Below, in pieces: positions 17,359-26,660 of a stretch of 64,000 bases of DNA. The position numbers and the translations under genes were made by a program. Each line of letters opens with the position of its first letter. Position 1 is the first letter of the stretch. Below the pieces are notes generated by a model, which was not told where the DNA came from, ran no database searches, and worked only from the letters and a program-made list of their open reading frames with translations. This DNA is from Fibrobacter sp. UBA1765 (lineage in GTDB: Bacteria > Fibrobacterota > Fibrobacteria > Fibrobacterales > Fibrobacteraceae): positions 177-64,176 of the forward strand of contig DCGZ01000157.1 of assembly GCA_002314675.1 (NCBI GenBank). Reading direction: 5' to 3'.

Positions 17359-19875
17359 ATGCGTAAATTACCGTTACTTGTAACGTCGACTCTGCTCTGC
17401 TCAACCTTTGCGTTGGCTCAGTATGACGAAGATTATTCTGCTACATCGGAAAGCACTTACGAAGAATCCTCTAGCGAAGAAACTTCCTACGAATCTTCAG
17501 AAAGTTCTGAACCGGCTGCCGAAGAAGCTGCAAGCGATGAATATGCTGCAGCCCCGGCAGAAGAACCGGCACCGGCAGTCGAGGAATCTGCTCCTGCCGC
17601 TGAACCAGCACCAGCAGAAGAAGCTCCGAAAAAGAGCTTTGCTAGCTCTGAACCTGTTGCAGCCCCGTCTGCAATCGTTTCGGCTCCAGCTTCCCTTGCT
17701 CCGGCAGACCAGATTGCAGCAATCGAAAACAGCACCGACGCTCTTGCTGAAAATGCAGAATCCACACTCATGGGCAAGGACGATCTTCCGGTGGCAGTTT
17801 CCGGTTACATGGCGTTCCGCTTGAAGAACTTCCACTATTCCGAAGCTTCTGCATGGACTCGCGACGACATGGCAAGAACCCAGGTGGACGCTCTTTTGAA
17901 TATGTCCATTATCGCAATGCCAAACTCCTACATGACATTGTGGACAAACCTTGCATTGCCGTTTGACTTGACCGGTATCTACTCCAATGGTTTGGGTAAG
18001 CGTCCTACGAATTCTCCAACGTATGACGAACGTGTCTTGTTTGACCATTCCACAGACTACTACACAGCAACAGTCAACGAAGAAATGAACGTTGGCGTTG
18101 ATATTCGTGCCGGTGTCTTTGGTGCTTACGTAACCGCTGGTGGCGTGATCTGGATGAATTCCTCCCCGCTCACTATTTGGGAACGTGAAACAAATCCGCG
18201 CTTTGCATGGTCCTATGAAACTTACGAAGATGAAAAGACTGTTTCCACATACTATAAGGAAAAGTCCTTTAAGCCTGTCAAGGAAGGTGGTCGCGCATTC
18301 TGGACTAACCGTTCCTTCGGTGGTATCTTCGCAAATGTCTATCAGCTCCCGTTCGACTTGAAGGCCCAGTTCCTTCTTTCCCAGCCGATGGATGCTGACA
18401 TTGGTACTCGTGACGGTACTCGTCTCTATGGTGGCCAGCCGGGTGAACTTGAAACCTACGGTCTCCACGATATGCGCGGTAACGTTTACCATGCCCGTAT
18501 TGCCAAGGAAAAGATTGCTGAAAACATGACTCTTGGTCTTAACTACGTTGGCGTAGTATTTGACGAAGGCATTGTTTATGAAGAAGAATTCTCTAAGCAG
18601 TGGGCAAAGTCCGCATTTGGTAACCCGCTTATCTTGAATACGCATGTTGCTTCTATCGATGTCAAGGGTAACATTACCCCGAAGCTCTACTTGGTTGCCG
18701 ATGTTGCCATGAGCATTACCGACTCCCTCAAGTACTATGAAGCAGAGGGTGCTGCAGGCCATAGCGGCTTTAAGTACGAAAAGGGTTCTTACGACGAATC
18801 TATCGCAACTCCGCAGGTTGGTGTCTATGTCAAGGCCCAGAGCAAGTACATTGAAGGCTGGCCGATGACTATTGAAGGTATCTTCTTGCAGAAGGACTTC
18901 TACTCTCCGTACTCCCAGTCTAACCCATCCCGCTTCCTTACATGGCGTCGTGACGAAATGTACCTGAACGGTGGTTCCATGCGTTACAGCCCGAACATGG
19001 CTGGTATCAACTTGAAGGTTGAACCTCAGTTCAACCGTGGTTACGTAGACTTCCAGTATGGTCAGCATCGCCAGATCGAAGAAGGCCAGGACGTGGTTCT
19101 CTTCAACTACCGCTTGAACGGTCGTAACATGTGGGAAAGCACAAACTCCTGGACTCGTTACAAGCCGCTCTTTGTAGCTGATAGTGGTAACGGTAGCGGT
19201 GCTGGTGGTTACATTCCACGTGCTGGTATTGGTACTGAAAGTGGTGACGGTGTAAAGATGTACCGTCAGCAGGGTGGTCTCTATGGTGGTACATGGGAAC
19301 TTTGGGAATCCTTCGTCGCTTACGATGACGTTGGCCAGATTACCGAAGGCGTAATTCCTTCCCATGCCAAGTGGTCCTCTTACTTCTCTGTAATGGGTGG
19401 CTACAATATCGCTCCTTGGTTTGGTACCGATCGCGATATCATGATGACAGGTTATGCAGCACTTTCTGGCGTTTCCACTTCCTTCGCTCCTATCGCCTAT
19501 AGCGAAAAGCAGAGCGACATGCTTATGTGGAGCTTCTTTGGCCAGTTTGAACCGGCTGTAGCCGTGTTCCCGAAATTCCACATGGTTGGTATTCTTGGTC
19601 TTGAAACATTCCGCGCTGAAAACGCTTTTGCGGCAACGTCCTATAAGAACGGCGCAGACAAGTCTTCTTTGAACAAGTACATCAACTCCTATGTTTACCA
19701 GAAGGCTCCTATCAACTTCCTCGAAACTGCAATCGGTGCAGGTTTCGACTGGGATCTCACAGATCGTGCTGGCTTGCATGTTCGCTACAAGTGGATGACC
19801 CACTCCGACGAAACCAAGTCTGAAAACGATTGGCATTCCCATTACATCTCTGCCGAAACTAAGGTTTGGTTCTAA
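17359..19875 (+). CDS. large outer-membrane beta-barrel protein (porin-like), 838 aa
   Basis: Signal peptide, then an acidic Pro/Ala-rich linker. Alternating-hydrophobic C-terminal strand ending ETKVWF (OMP beta-signal). SD-like AAGAGG upstream. Confidence 0.7.
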   Translation: MRKLPLLVTSTLLCSTFALAQYDEDYSATSESTYEESSSEETSYESSESSEPAAEEAASDEYAAAPAEEPAPAVEESAPAAEPAPAEEAPKKSFASSEPVAAPSAIVSAPASLAPADQIAAIENSTDALAENAESTLMGKDDLPVAVSGYMAFRLKNFHYSEASAWTRDDMARTQVDALLNMSIIAMPNSYMTLWTNLALPFDLTGIYSNGLGKRPTNSPTYDERVLFDHSTDYYTATVNEEMNVGVDIRAGVFGAYVTAGGVIWMNSSPLTIWERETNPRFAWSYETYEDEKTVSTYYKEKSFKPVKEGGRAFWTNRSFGGIFANVYQLPFDLKAQFLLSQPMDADIGTRDGTRLYGGQPGELETYGLHDMRGNVYHARIAKEKIAENMTLGLNYVGVVFDEGIVYEEEFSKQWAKSAFGNPLILNTHVASIDVKGNITPKLYLVADVAMSITDSLKYYEAEGAAGHSGFKYEKGSYDESIATPQVGVYVKAQSKYIEGWPMTIEGIFLQKDFYSPYSQSNPSRFLTWRRDEMYLNGGSMRYSPNMAGINLKVEPQFNRGYVDFQYGQHRQIEEGQDVVLFNYRLNGRNMWESTNSWTRYKPLFVADSGNGSGAGGYIPRAGIGTESGDGVKMYRQQGGLYGGTWELWESFVAYDDVGQITEGVIPSHAKWSSYFSVMGGYNIAPWFGTDRDIMMTGYAALSGVSTSFAPIAYSEKQSDMLMWSFFGQFEPAVAVFPKFHMVGILGLETFRAENAFAATSYKNGADKSSLNKYINSYVYQKAPINFLETAIGAGFDWDLTDRAGLHVRYKWMTHSDETKSENDWHSHYISAETKVWF

Positions 19876-19886
19876 GGGGGAAGGCT

Positions 19887-22109
19887 ATGAAAATGAATAT
19901 GAAGAAATCTCTTTTCGCACTTCTTTCCGCTTCTGTCGCTGCATCTGCTGGCGTATACGACAATCAGAAGCTGCTTGAAAGCAAGGTTGATTCCATTAAT
20001 GCTAAGCGTGGTCTTGAAATTGATGGTAGCATTCGTGCCATTACCCAGAAGGTGACTTTTGACACTGATCAGGATCCGACTGGCATTAACTCTTTCCCGG
20101 AAACGGAACGCGACGAATATGTGACTGCAGACCTCGGGCTCCATTTCCGCCCGTACGAAGGCGTTCGTGCAAATGTTGAAATGCGCCTTGGCGCAGGTAT
20201 GCAAGAATACTTCTCTTCTGCATCCAAGACTGTTTCAGTTTCCTGGATTAACGTTGAAGGTAACATTGGCAAGTCCTTCTACTGGATTGTTGGTGACTTC
20301 CGTCAGCAGTATTCTCCGCTTACACTCTACACACCGGGTGTAGATATCATGTACGAACCGACAATCTTTGCTCGTAAGCGCCACATGGCCATGAAGGAGC
20401 AGAGACTTGAAGGCAACCAGCGTAACCTCCAGGGTGCAAACCTCCAGTTCCGCGGTGACCTTGGTGAAACAGTTGGTGAACTTCGTGCTGAAGCAATTTT
20501 TGCCCGCTTGAACCGCAATGCAGTCCTTGACTTTAACGGTGCCGAAGGAAACATTTTGCCGAATGAAGAATTCCCCGGTGCTTCCATGGCTTCGAATACT
20601 GATAAGTGGCTCGTTGCCGGTAACCTTGAACTTTTGCCGCTCAACAGAAATCTCTATGTCGGTGTAACTCCGATGTACATTTTTGATGACGAAAAGTCCT
20701 TTACCTACGCATACCGTCATGAAGACGCTGAAGACCTCCAGTCTGCATACGTTCCTTCTCCGGTAAATCCGTTCGACCAGATGCCACAGGAAACTATGGT
20801 GATCAGTGGTCGTGTCGGTGCTGACGTAGCCGGTGTAATCGGAAGCAACAACATTATCCTTGACCTTGTCGGTGAATACGCAATGTCTTCTGACAAGATC
20901 AAGACGAAAACATTCGCCCCGGCCCTTGATGAAGCTGGTGTTCCGGTAGTCGATGAACTTGGCAATCTTGTTCAAAATGAAGTTGAAGATTCTGAAACCC
21001 TTAACGGTTCTGCAATCCTTGCTCAGTTGAACGCAGGTTACAAGACTGACGCATTTGGTGTAAAGCTTGCTGTTGACTTTATTCGTAACGACGAAAAGTG
21101 GTTCAACAACCTTGCCCAGTCTTCTAGCTTCTTTGCTCAGCGCATCGCAAACTCTGACCGCGATGGTAACGTTGTTAAGTATGGCGTTTACGCTCCGCTC
21201 TATAGCACGTTCGACGCTCTCTATAATTACATGCCTAAGTTCTCTCCGGTTTCCCGCAGTGGCTCCATGGCTACCGAAGGTCCGGACCTTCTTGAAAAGA
21301 ACTACGGTCAGTCTAACAGCTATAAGATTGCACCGTACAACAAGAATTCCTACGGTACAAACGTTTACAACCGTAGCCAGCTTGCATTGCTTGAGCTCCT
21401 GAATGACCCGGCTCTCCAGATGAGCTTGCCGAACGGCCTTGCTACTGCAAACCGCATGGGTGCTCGCGCTGTATTGACTGCTAATGTTAGCGAATGGGCA
21501 GAGGTTCAGGGTCTCTTTAGCATGTTCAACCAGGTCAAGGCTGTTGAAGGCTTGAAGGAAGCTGCTTACACCGAATTTGGTGGTGGCGCAAAGATTGACG
21601 TGTTCAAGGTTCTTGGCTTTACAAAGCCGCTAGAACTCTCTGGTTCCTATAAGCATTCTGAACGTAAGATCGATACAGACAACTGGGCTGCTATGGGTAT
21701 GGTTGATGGTTCCGCTGAACTCAAGAGCGATTTCATCAACGCTGGCCTCTATGTTCAGTACTTGCCGCGTCTCGGCTTTACAGCTGGCTTCCAGATGATC
21801 AACACTGAATACAATGAATTCGAACAGGGCAATTACGTAAATGCAATCAAGTCTCTCGGTGCTGCTAATGCAGTAGCCCTTGCTAAGAGCGAACAGATGC
21901 AGTGGATGGTCGGACTCGACTATACTCTTGCAAAGAATGCATGGCTTGCCTTGAATTTCGGCATTGCTTCTGTGTCTAACGAATATGCAGCAACAGAAGA
22001 TGCTACTGATGCTATTAACGTACCTGAATATTATGATGGCTCTGCCGGTACATTCAAGCATGAATTTACTCAGACTATCATTGAAGCTTCCATCAACGTG
22101 GAATTTTAA
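19887..22109 (+). CDS. large outer-membrane beta-barrel protein, paralog 2 (740 aa)
   Basis: Start at MKMNMKK with the RBS aaggggga. Signal peptide. Ends EASINVEF. Clear paralogy to the next ORF (LLEsKvDSiNA..GLeiDG; YsPLTLytPG; EPtIFarKR). Confidence 0.7.
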   Translation: MKMNMKKSLFALLSASVAASAGVYDNQKLLESKVDSINAKRGLEIDGSIRAITQKVTFDTDQDPTGINSFPETERDEYVTADLGLHFRPYEGVRANVEMRLGAGMQEYFSSASKTVSVSWINVEGNIGKSFYWIVGDFRQQYSPLTLYTPGVDIMYEPTIFARKRHMAMKEQRLEGNQRNLQGANLQFRGDLGETVGELRAEAIFARLNRNAVLDFNGAEGNILPNEEFPGASMASNTDKWLVAGNLELLPLNRNLYVGVTPMYIFDDEKSFTYAYRHEDAEDLQSAYVPSPVNPFDQMPQETMVISGRVGADVAGVIGSNNIILDLVGEYAMSSDKIKTKTFAPALDEAGVPVVDELGNLVQNEVEDSETLNGSAILAQLNAGYKTDAFGVKLAVDFIRNDEKWFNNLAQSSSFFAQRIANSDRDGNVVKYGVYAPLYSTFDALYNYMPKFSPVSRSGSMATEGPDLLEKNYGQSNSYKIAPYNKNSYGTNVYNRSQLALLELLNDPALQMSLPNGLATANRMGARAVLTANVSEWAEVQGLFSMFNQVKAVEGLKEAAYTEFGGGAKIDVFKVLGFTKPLELSGSYKHSERKIDTDNWAAMGMVDGSAELKSDFINAGLYVQYLPRLGFTAGFQMINTEYNEFEQGNYVNAIKSLGAANAVALAKSEQMQWMVGLDYTLAKNAWLALNFGIASVSNEYAATEDATDAINVPEYYDGSAGTFKHEFTQTIIEASINVEF

Positions 22110-22124
22110 TAGGAGGGTGTGAAA

Positions 22125-24281
22125 ATGATGAATATGAAAAAGATCGGTTTTACTTCCGCACTCCTTCTTTCCGCTGCAACAGCTTTTGCTGCGGAATCGG
22201 ATCAGGCTTCTGTTGCTAGCCAGCAAAAGTCCTTGCTCGAAAAACTTGATTCCCTTAACGCTGCCGTTCTTGGCTTAAAGCTTGATGGTACCGCTAAGGC
22301 AGGAGTTGTATCTTCGAATGCTTCTTCTGACCAGTTTAGCGACAATTCTCCAACTCGTGAAAACCAGGCTTACACAGACGTTAACTTGGTTCTTACCGCC
22401 CGCCCGAGTGCCGCTTCCATGATTCACTTGGAACTCCGCTTGCACAAGGATTGGCAGAGTGCCTTTGATGAAAATAACAACCCTGTTATTGGTCACTGGT
22501 TCAGCTACGATGGCATGACCCTTGATAACCACATGGCTTTCAACTTGGGCTATATGCGTATCGGCTATACTCCGCTTACCATCGGCGTTCCTCAGCAGGA
22601 ACTCCTCCAGGAACCGGAAATCTTTAGGGAAAAGCGTGTCGAAGCTCTTGCAAAGCGCAACCTCGATACAACATCCCGCCGTCTTATGCAGGGTGTAAAC
22701 GCTGACTACCATAGCGGTGAACTTGGATTCCTTGATGATATCCACATGCAGTTGACTGGCGCTCGTATGCGTAACGCTTCCAAGAAGTATGATGAAGTCT
22801 TCTTTGACTTTGACTACTCTGACCGTTACATGCTCGGTGGCCGCCTTGGTCTTGATGCATACGGTGCTCATATCGGTGGAAACTACGTAAACGTATTTGA
22901 CCGCAAAAAGAGCACTCGCGCTCACAAGGCAAATGCCGGTGATGCATTCTACTATGAAGATAACCAGGTGATCTCTGCGGAATTAGGCTTTGATTCCAAG
23001 AAGATCCTTGCTGACCTTCCTGTAACATTTGGCCTCTTTGGTGAATTTGCAAGCTCCAAGCTTGCTATGAGCAGAGATACCTTGTACAAGGTAAAGAATG
23101 TCTCTTACATTCTCAAGACTGCATACTTCCCGGATGCTGATCCAATCGGAGAATTTGCAGACTCCCTTGTATACTTGCAGAAGAACATTTCTGATGTTGA
23201 AAAACGCGAAAACGAAAAGTTCGATGACGTAAACGGTACAAGCTTCTATGTAGAACCGTTCGTTAAGTTCGAAGATGAAGGCCTTGCACTTAGCGCCCTC
23301 TTGAAGTTCCGTTACATGCAGAATAATGAAAAGTTCTGGTCAGAAATGGCTGCTAGCCCAATCTACCAGGGCAATACCGTTATTCTTAATGCAAACGCAA
23401 TGTTTGATGATGCTGCCTATAATGGTTTGCTGGGTGCTTTCGGTGCTGCTAGCCTCGAAAACCTCTACTTCACTGTGTACAACTCTAACCCGTTGAACCA
23501 GTTGAACATTATGAGCATCGATGAACCGAACAAGTCTGGTGCCGGTGTTCGCGTAAATGATGAAAGCGGAAGTACTTCTTCTCAGCTTTACAACAACTAC
23601 AAGAACGTTCACCTCTATCGCAATGCTTATTCCGGTACAACACTTAAGTATCGTGAAGTTGTTGCAGCCCAGGCTTTGACCTTGGACCCGACCGTTAGCC
23701 TCGCCTTGCCATACGGTGTAGCAACTCCGGATCGCAAGGGCTTTGCCCTTTCCTTGGATGTTGACTGGAATTCTGCTGTCAGCTTGAATGGCCGCTTCTC
23801 CCAGTATACACAGGACCAGATGGATAACAAGTATACTCAGTATGCTGCTGGCCTCGGCTTTAATTTGGGCCGCATTGTTGACATTGGCGGACGCGACATT
23901 ATTCTTCAGGCTTCCTATGGTCATGAAGAAGAAGACAATTTCTTGAAACGTAAGGCATACCGCATTATGGCCGGTGGATCTGTTGATGTATGGGGCCCGA
24001 TCGCCCTTCTTGGTGGATTCCAGACCATGACAAAGGAATTTGGTGCAACTGATATGATCATCGGCAATGTAACAAAGGCTGAAGAATCCTTGTTGCTTGT
24101 TGGTCCACGCATCAAGATTGCTCCGCTCTCCTATATTTCTGTTCAGTACGGTATGTTGACTGACAAGCTTACTTTCAACAAGGCTGTCTTTGACGAAGCA
24201 GGAGAAATGGCTGGCGCAATTCCTGCAGAGCTCTCTATAGACAAGAATGTAATTGTTGCTGAAGTGACTGTTAACTTCTAA
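22125..24281 (+). CDS. large outer-membrane beta-barrel protein, paralog 3 (718 aa)
   Basis: ATG at 22125, 8 nt after AGGAGG. Signal peptide ...AATAFA. Ends AEVTVNF. Paralogous to 19887-22109. Confidence 0.7.
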   Translation: MMNMKKIGFTSALLLSAATAFAAESDQASVASQQKSLLEKLDSLNAAVLGLKLDGTAKAGVVSSNASSDQFSDNSPTRENQAYTDVNLVLTARPSAASMIHLELRLHKDWQSAFDENNNPVIGHWFSYDGMTLDNHMAFNLGYMRIGYTPLTIGVPQQELLQEPEIFREKRVEALAKRNLDTTSRRLMQGVNADYHSGELGFLDDIHMQLTGARMRNASKKYDEVFFDFDYSDRYMLGGRLGLDAYGAHIGGNYVNVFDRKKSTRAHKANAGDAFYYEDNQVISAELGFDSKKILADLPVTFGLFGEFASSKLAMSRDTLYKVKNVSYILKTAYFPDADPIGEFADSLVYLQKNISDVEKRENEKFDDVNGTSFYVEPFVKFEDEGLALSALLKFRYMQNNEKFWSEMAASPIYQGNTVILNANAMFDDAAYNGLLGAFGAASLENLYFTVYNSNPLNQLNIMSIDEPNKSGAGVRVNDESGSTSSQLYNNYKNVHLYRNAYSGTTLKYREVVAAQALTLDPTVSLALPYGVATPDRKGFALSLDVDWNSAVSLNGRFSQYTQDQMDNKYTQYAAGLGFNLGRIVDIGGRDIILQASYGHEEEDNFLKRKAYRIMAGGSVDVWGPIALLGGFQTMTKEFGATDMIIGNVTKAEESLLLVGPRIKIAPLSYISVQYGMLTDKLTFNKAVFDEAGEMAGAIPAELSIDKNVIVAEVTVNF

Positions 24282-24292
24282 GAGGTACTCAA

Positions 24293-25156
24293 ATGAAGAA
24301 ATACAATAAATATTTGATGATCCTTGCTGCCGGTATGCTTGCAGCATGCTCCTCTATGGAGGTTGACGAGGAAGAAATCGCCCAGGAAAACTTCCCGGCA
24401 GATTTCAGCCTTGCTGAATATATTGAATTGCACCCAGGTTTGTTGAGCCTCCAGATTCAGGATTCCGTAAAGAACTATAATGCAGGCTTGACTTTGGAGA
24501 AGGCTGACATTAATGCTGATCTTGATAAGTTCCTGGCTGATACAGTAGCTCTCAAGCAGATCTTCCTGGATCCGACACTTGGCGGTTTTTCTCAGGATGA
24601 CTGGGATATCATGTGGGAACCGACTGAAACCGTTAAGCCGGAAACTACAGTCGTAAAGCTTGATACCGTTCAGGTCAAGTTTGAAAATGCAGATGGCATT
24701 ACGGTTGTTTATTTCCCGTCTTCCATTACAATCGAAGACGATGTCATTACTGGGGCTGAAGGCTATACAGACTCTTCAAAGACTGAAGCTCTTACTTGCG
24801 ATGCCGCTACTTGTGGCACTTTCGTAACAAAGAAGGGTGGTATTGTCGCTGATACGACCAAGTCAATCGACTCCGTGACAGTTGTTACCCCGGGTGCTAT
24901 CACAGCCGACAAAAAAATGGTTCTTCAAAAGTACAATTTCAATGACATTGAAAATGACTATGAAGCTTTGAAGGGCATTACGCCAGATACCACAGCGATT
25001 AGCCAGCAGTATATTGTATATGGCAAGAAGGCTGGCTGGGCTTATCGTAAGTGTAAGGAATCTGAACTTAACAACAAGGAACTTCTTTCTGTAAGCGATG
25101 TTAAGCTCGGTACAACCTATTGCGACGACGATGGCATCGTTCGTGAAATTAAGTAA
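24293..25156 (+). CDS. lipoprotein (287 aa), function unknown
   Basis: Lipobox LAAC after a signal peptide. 11-nt gap from the preceding OMP gene. Confidence 0.6.
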   Translation: MKKYNKYLMILAAGMLAACSSMEVDEEEIAQENFPADFSLAEYIELHPGLLSLQIQDSVKNYNAGLTLEKADINADLDKFLADTVALKQIFLDPTLGGFSQDDWDIMWEPTETVKPETTVVKLDTVQVKFENADGITVVYFPSSITIEDDVITGAEGYTDSSKTEALTCDAATCGTFVTKKGGIVADTTKSIDSVTVVTPGAITADKKMVLQKYNFNDIENDYEALKGITPDTTAISQQYIVYGKKAGWAYRKCKESELNNKELLSVSDVKLGTTYCDDDGIVREIK

Positions 25157-25165
25157 GGTGGTTTT

Positions 25166-26227
25166 ATGAATATCAAGAATCTCGCAATTGCTTTGGCTCT
25201 TGGTTGTGCTACAATGGCATCTGCTGCTGCAGACAAGGTTGTTGGCTATTTCCCATATTGGAGCCAGTATTCCCAGTTTGCTCCGGCAGACATCCGCTAT
25301 AACCTTGTAACCAATATTCATTACGCTTCTCTTGCTCCATCTTCTGATGGTTCCCTTGCTTTTACAGATGAATCCGATGCTCCTAACTATGCTGAACTTG
25401 CAAAGCTTGCAGGTGAAAACAATGTTAAGCTTATCGTTTCTATCGGTGGCATGGAAATGGAAGGCGCTCTCCAGGAAATTGGAGCCTCCGAAGATCTTCG
25501 AGCAACGTTTGCTCAGAATGTTGCAAGCTGGCTTTCTGAAAATGGCGCAAAGGGTGTAGAACTTGACTGGCAGAACTTTACTTCTGAAAATGCGGAAGCA
25601 TTCTCTGCCCTTGTAGATGCCCTTAAGGATGCTCTTGGCTCTAGCTATGAAATGGTTGCAACCGTTTATCCGCTTTCCTCTGCAGATGCATACGATGCAA
25701 GCGTTCTCAACAAGTTCGACTACTTGACAGTATTCGTTCCTGACCAGATGACTGAAGAAGAAAGCTCCTTGAAGCCTAACCAGAGTGTTACAGTCTTCGA
25801 GGAAGCTTTGAATGCAATGTCTTCCAAGGGTGTTGACAAGGATAAGCTTGTTCCGGTTGTTTCTATGTACGGTCGCTCCTTTACTGGCGCAAAGGGTCTT
25901 GGAACTTCCCAGAACGGCGTTGGTAGCGGTAACGAAGGCTTCATTGCTTACAAGGACTTGATGAAGCTCTTTGAAAAGCCTGACTACAAGGTTTCCTTTG
26001 ATGAAGGTTCCAAGTCAGAAGTTGCTGTCGGTGAAATCGAATCTATCGTTTTCATGGGCATTCCTTCTGTAAAGGCTCTTTCTGAAGAAGTTAAGTCCGA
26101 AGGCATGGGTGGTGTAGCTATTTATGACCTTTCGCAGGATCATAATGAACCGCTCGTATCCTTGCTTGTGACTATCGGTCTCCAGATTCGTCCGGAACTT
26201 GATTACAAGCCGGCAAAGAAGAAGTAA
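25166..26227 (+). CDS. GH18-fold protein lacking the catalytic glutamate (chitinase-like, probably non-catalytic)
   Basis: Family blocks VVGYFPYWS, KLIVSIGG and GGVAIYDLSQD. The DxxDxDxE motif reads KGVELDWQ (Glu to Gln). Signal peptide present. Confidence 0.7.
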   Translation: MNIKNLAIALALGCATMASAAADKVVGYFPYWSQYSQFAPADIRYNLVTNIHYASLAPSSDGSLAFTDESDAPNYAELAKLAGENNVKLIVSIGGMEMEGALQEIGASEDLRATFAQNVASWLSENGAKGVELDWQNFTSENAEAFSALVDALKDALGSSYEMVATVYPLSSADAYDASVLNKFDYLTVFVPDQMTEEESSLKPNQSVTVFEEALNAMSSKGVDKDKLVPVVSMYGRSFTGAKGLGTSQNGVGSGNEGFIAYKDLMKLFEKPDYKVSFDEGSKSEVAVGEIESIVFMGIPSVKALSEEVKSEGMGGVAIYDLSQDHNEPLVSLLVTIGLQIRPELDYKPAKKK

Positions 26228-26244
26228 TTCTTTTGAGTTGCTAA

Positions 26245-26282
26245 AATGCCTCGCGCTTAAAAGCGCGGGGCATTTTGTTTTT
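26245..26282 (+). terminator. terminator of the OMP/GH18-like operon
   Basis: atgcctcgcgc-ttaaaa-gcgcggggcat hairpin followed by a T-rich run. Confidence 0.7.
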
Positions 26283-26321
26283 CAAAGTTTGCTGAAAATG
26301 GGTACATTCTTCATTGCCCTA

Positions 26322-26600
26322 GGTTGCCGCGCTTCGCTCGCAACGACAAGGAGAATCGCAGTTTCTGAACTCTGTCTTTTTTCTTGCCTCTTAAGTTGTC
26401 ATCACGAGCAACGCGAAGTGATCCAGAACACTTGTCATTCACTAGCTAGATTGCTTCAATCCTTCGGATTTCGCAATGACATGGAAAATGCTATTTCTGG
26501 TTTCTGTCCTGGTTTGCCGCGCTTCGCACGCAACGACAAGGAGAATCGCAGTTTCTGAACTCTGTCTTCTGTACTCTGTATTCTGTCTTCTATTTCCTGA
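26322..26600. repeat. composite intergenic repeat: 56-nt direct repeat pair, hairpin core and CT-word tail
   Basis: ggtt(t)gccgcgcttcgc[t/a]cgcaacgacaaggagaatcgcagtttctgaactctgtct occurs at 26322-26377 and 26511-26567. A hairpin-rich core at 26395-26483 contains tcgcaatgaca. A (ttctgt)-like word run lies at 26561-26600. Confidence 0.8.
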
Positions 26601-26603
26601 TAT

Positions 26604-26636
26604 TAAACAAAAAGCCCTCGCATTTTGCGAGGTGCT
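26604..26636 (-). terminator. terminator of the GH5 gene 26661-28865
   Basis: cctcgca-aaat-gcgagg hairpin with a T run on the minus strand. Confidence 0.65.
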
Positions 26637-26660
26637 TTTGACTAGAAACTTGCTATAATA

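Noticed and set aside
17497-19842. 781-aa ORF on the minus strand, the longest ORF in this part of the window
   Set aside because: It is exactly in phase with and antisense to the 838-aa plus-strand gene, which has a signal peptide, RBS and OMP C-terminal signal. The antisense product is Cys/His/Val-rich with no motif, start context or signal. Its openness is explained by sense-strand avoidance of TTA/CTA/TCA codons.
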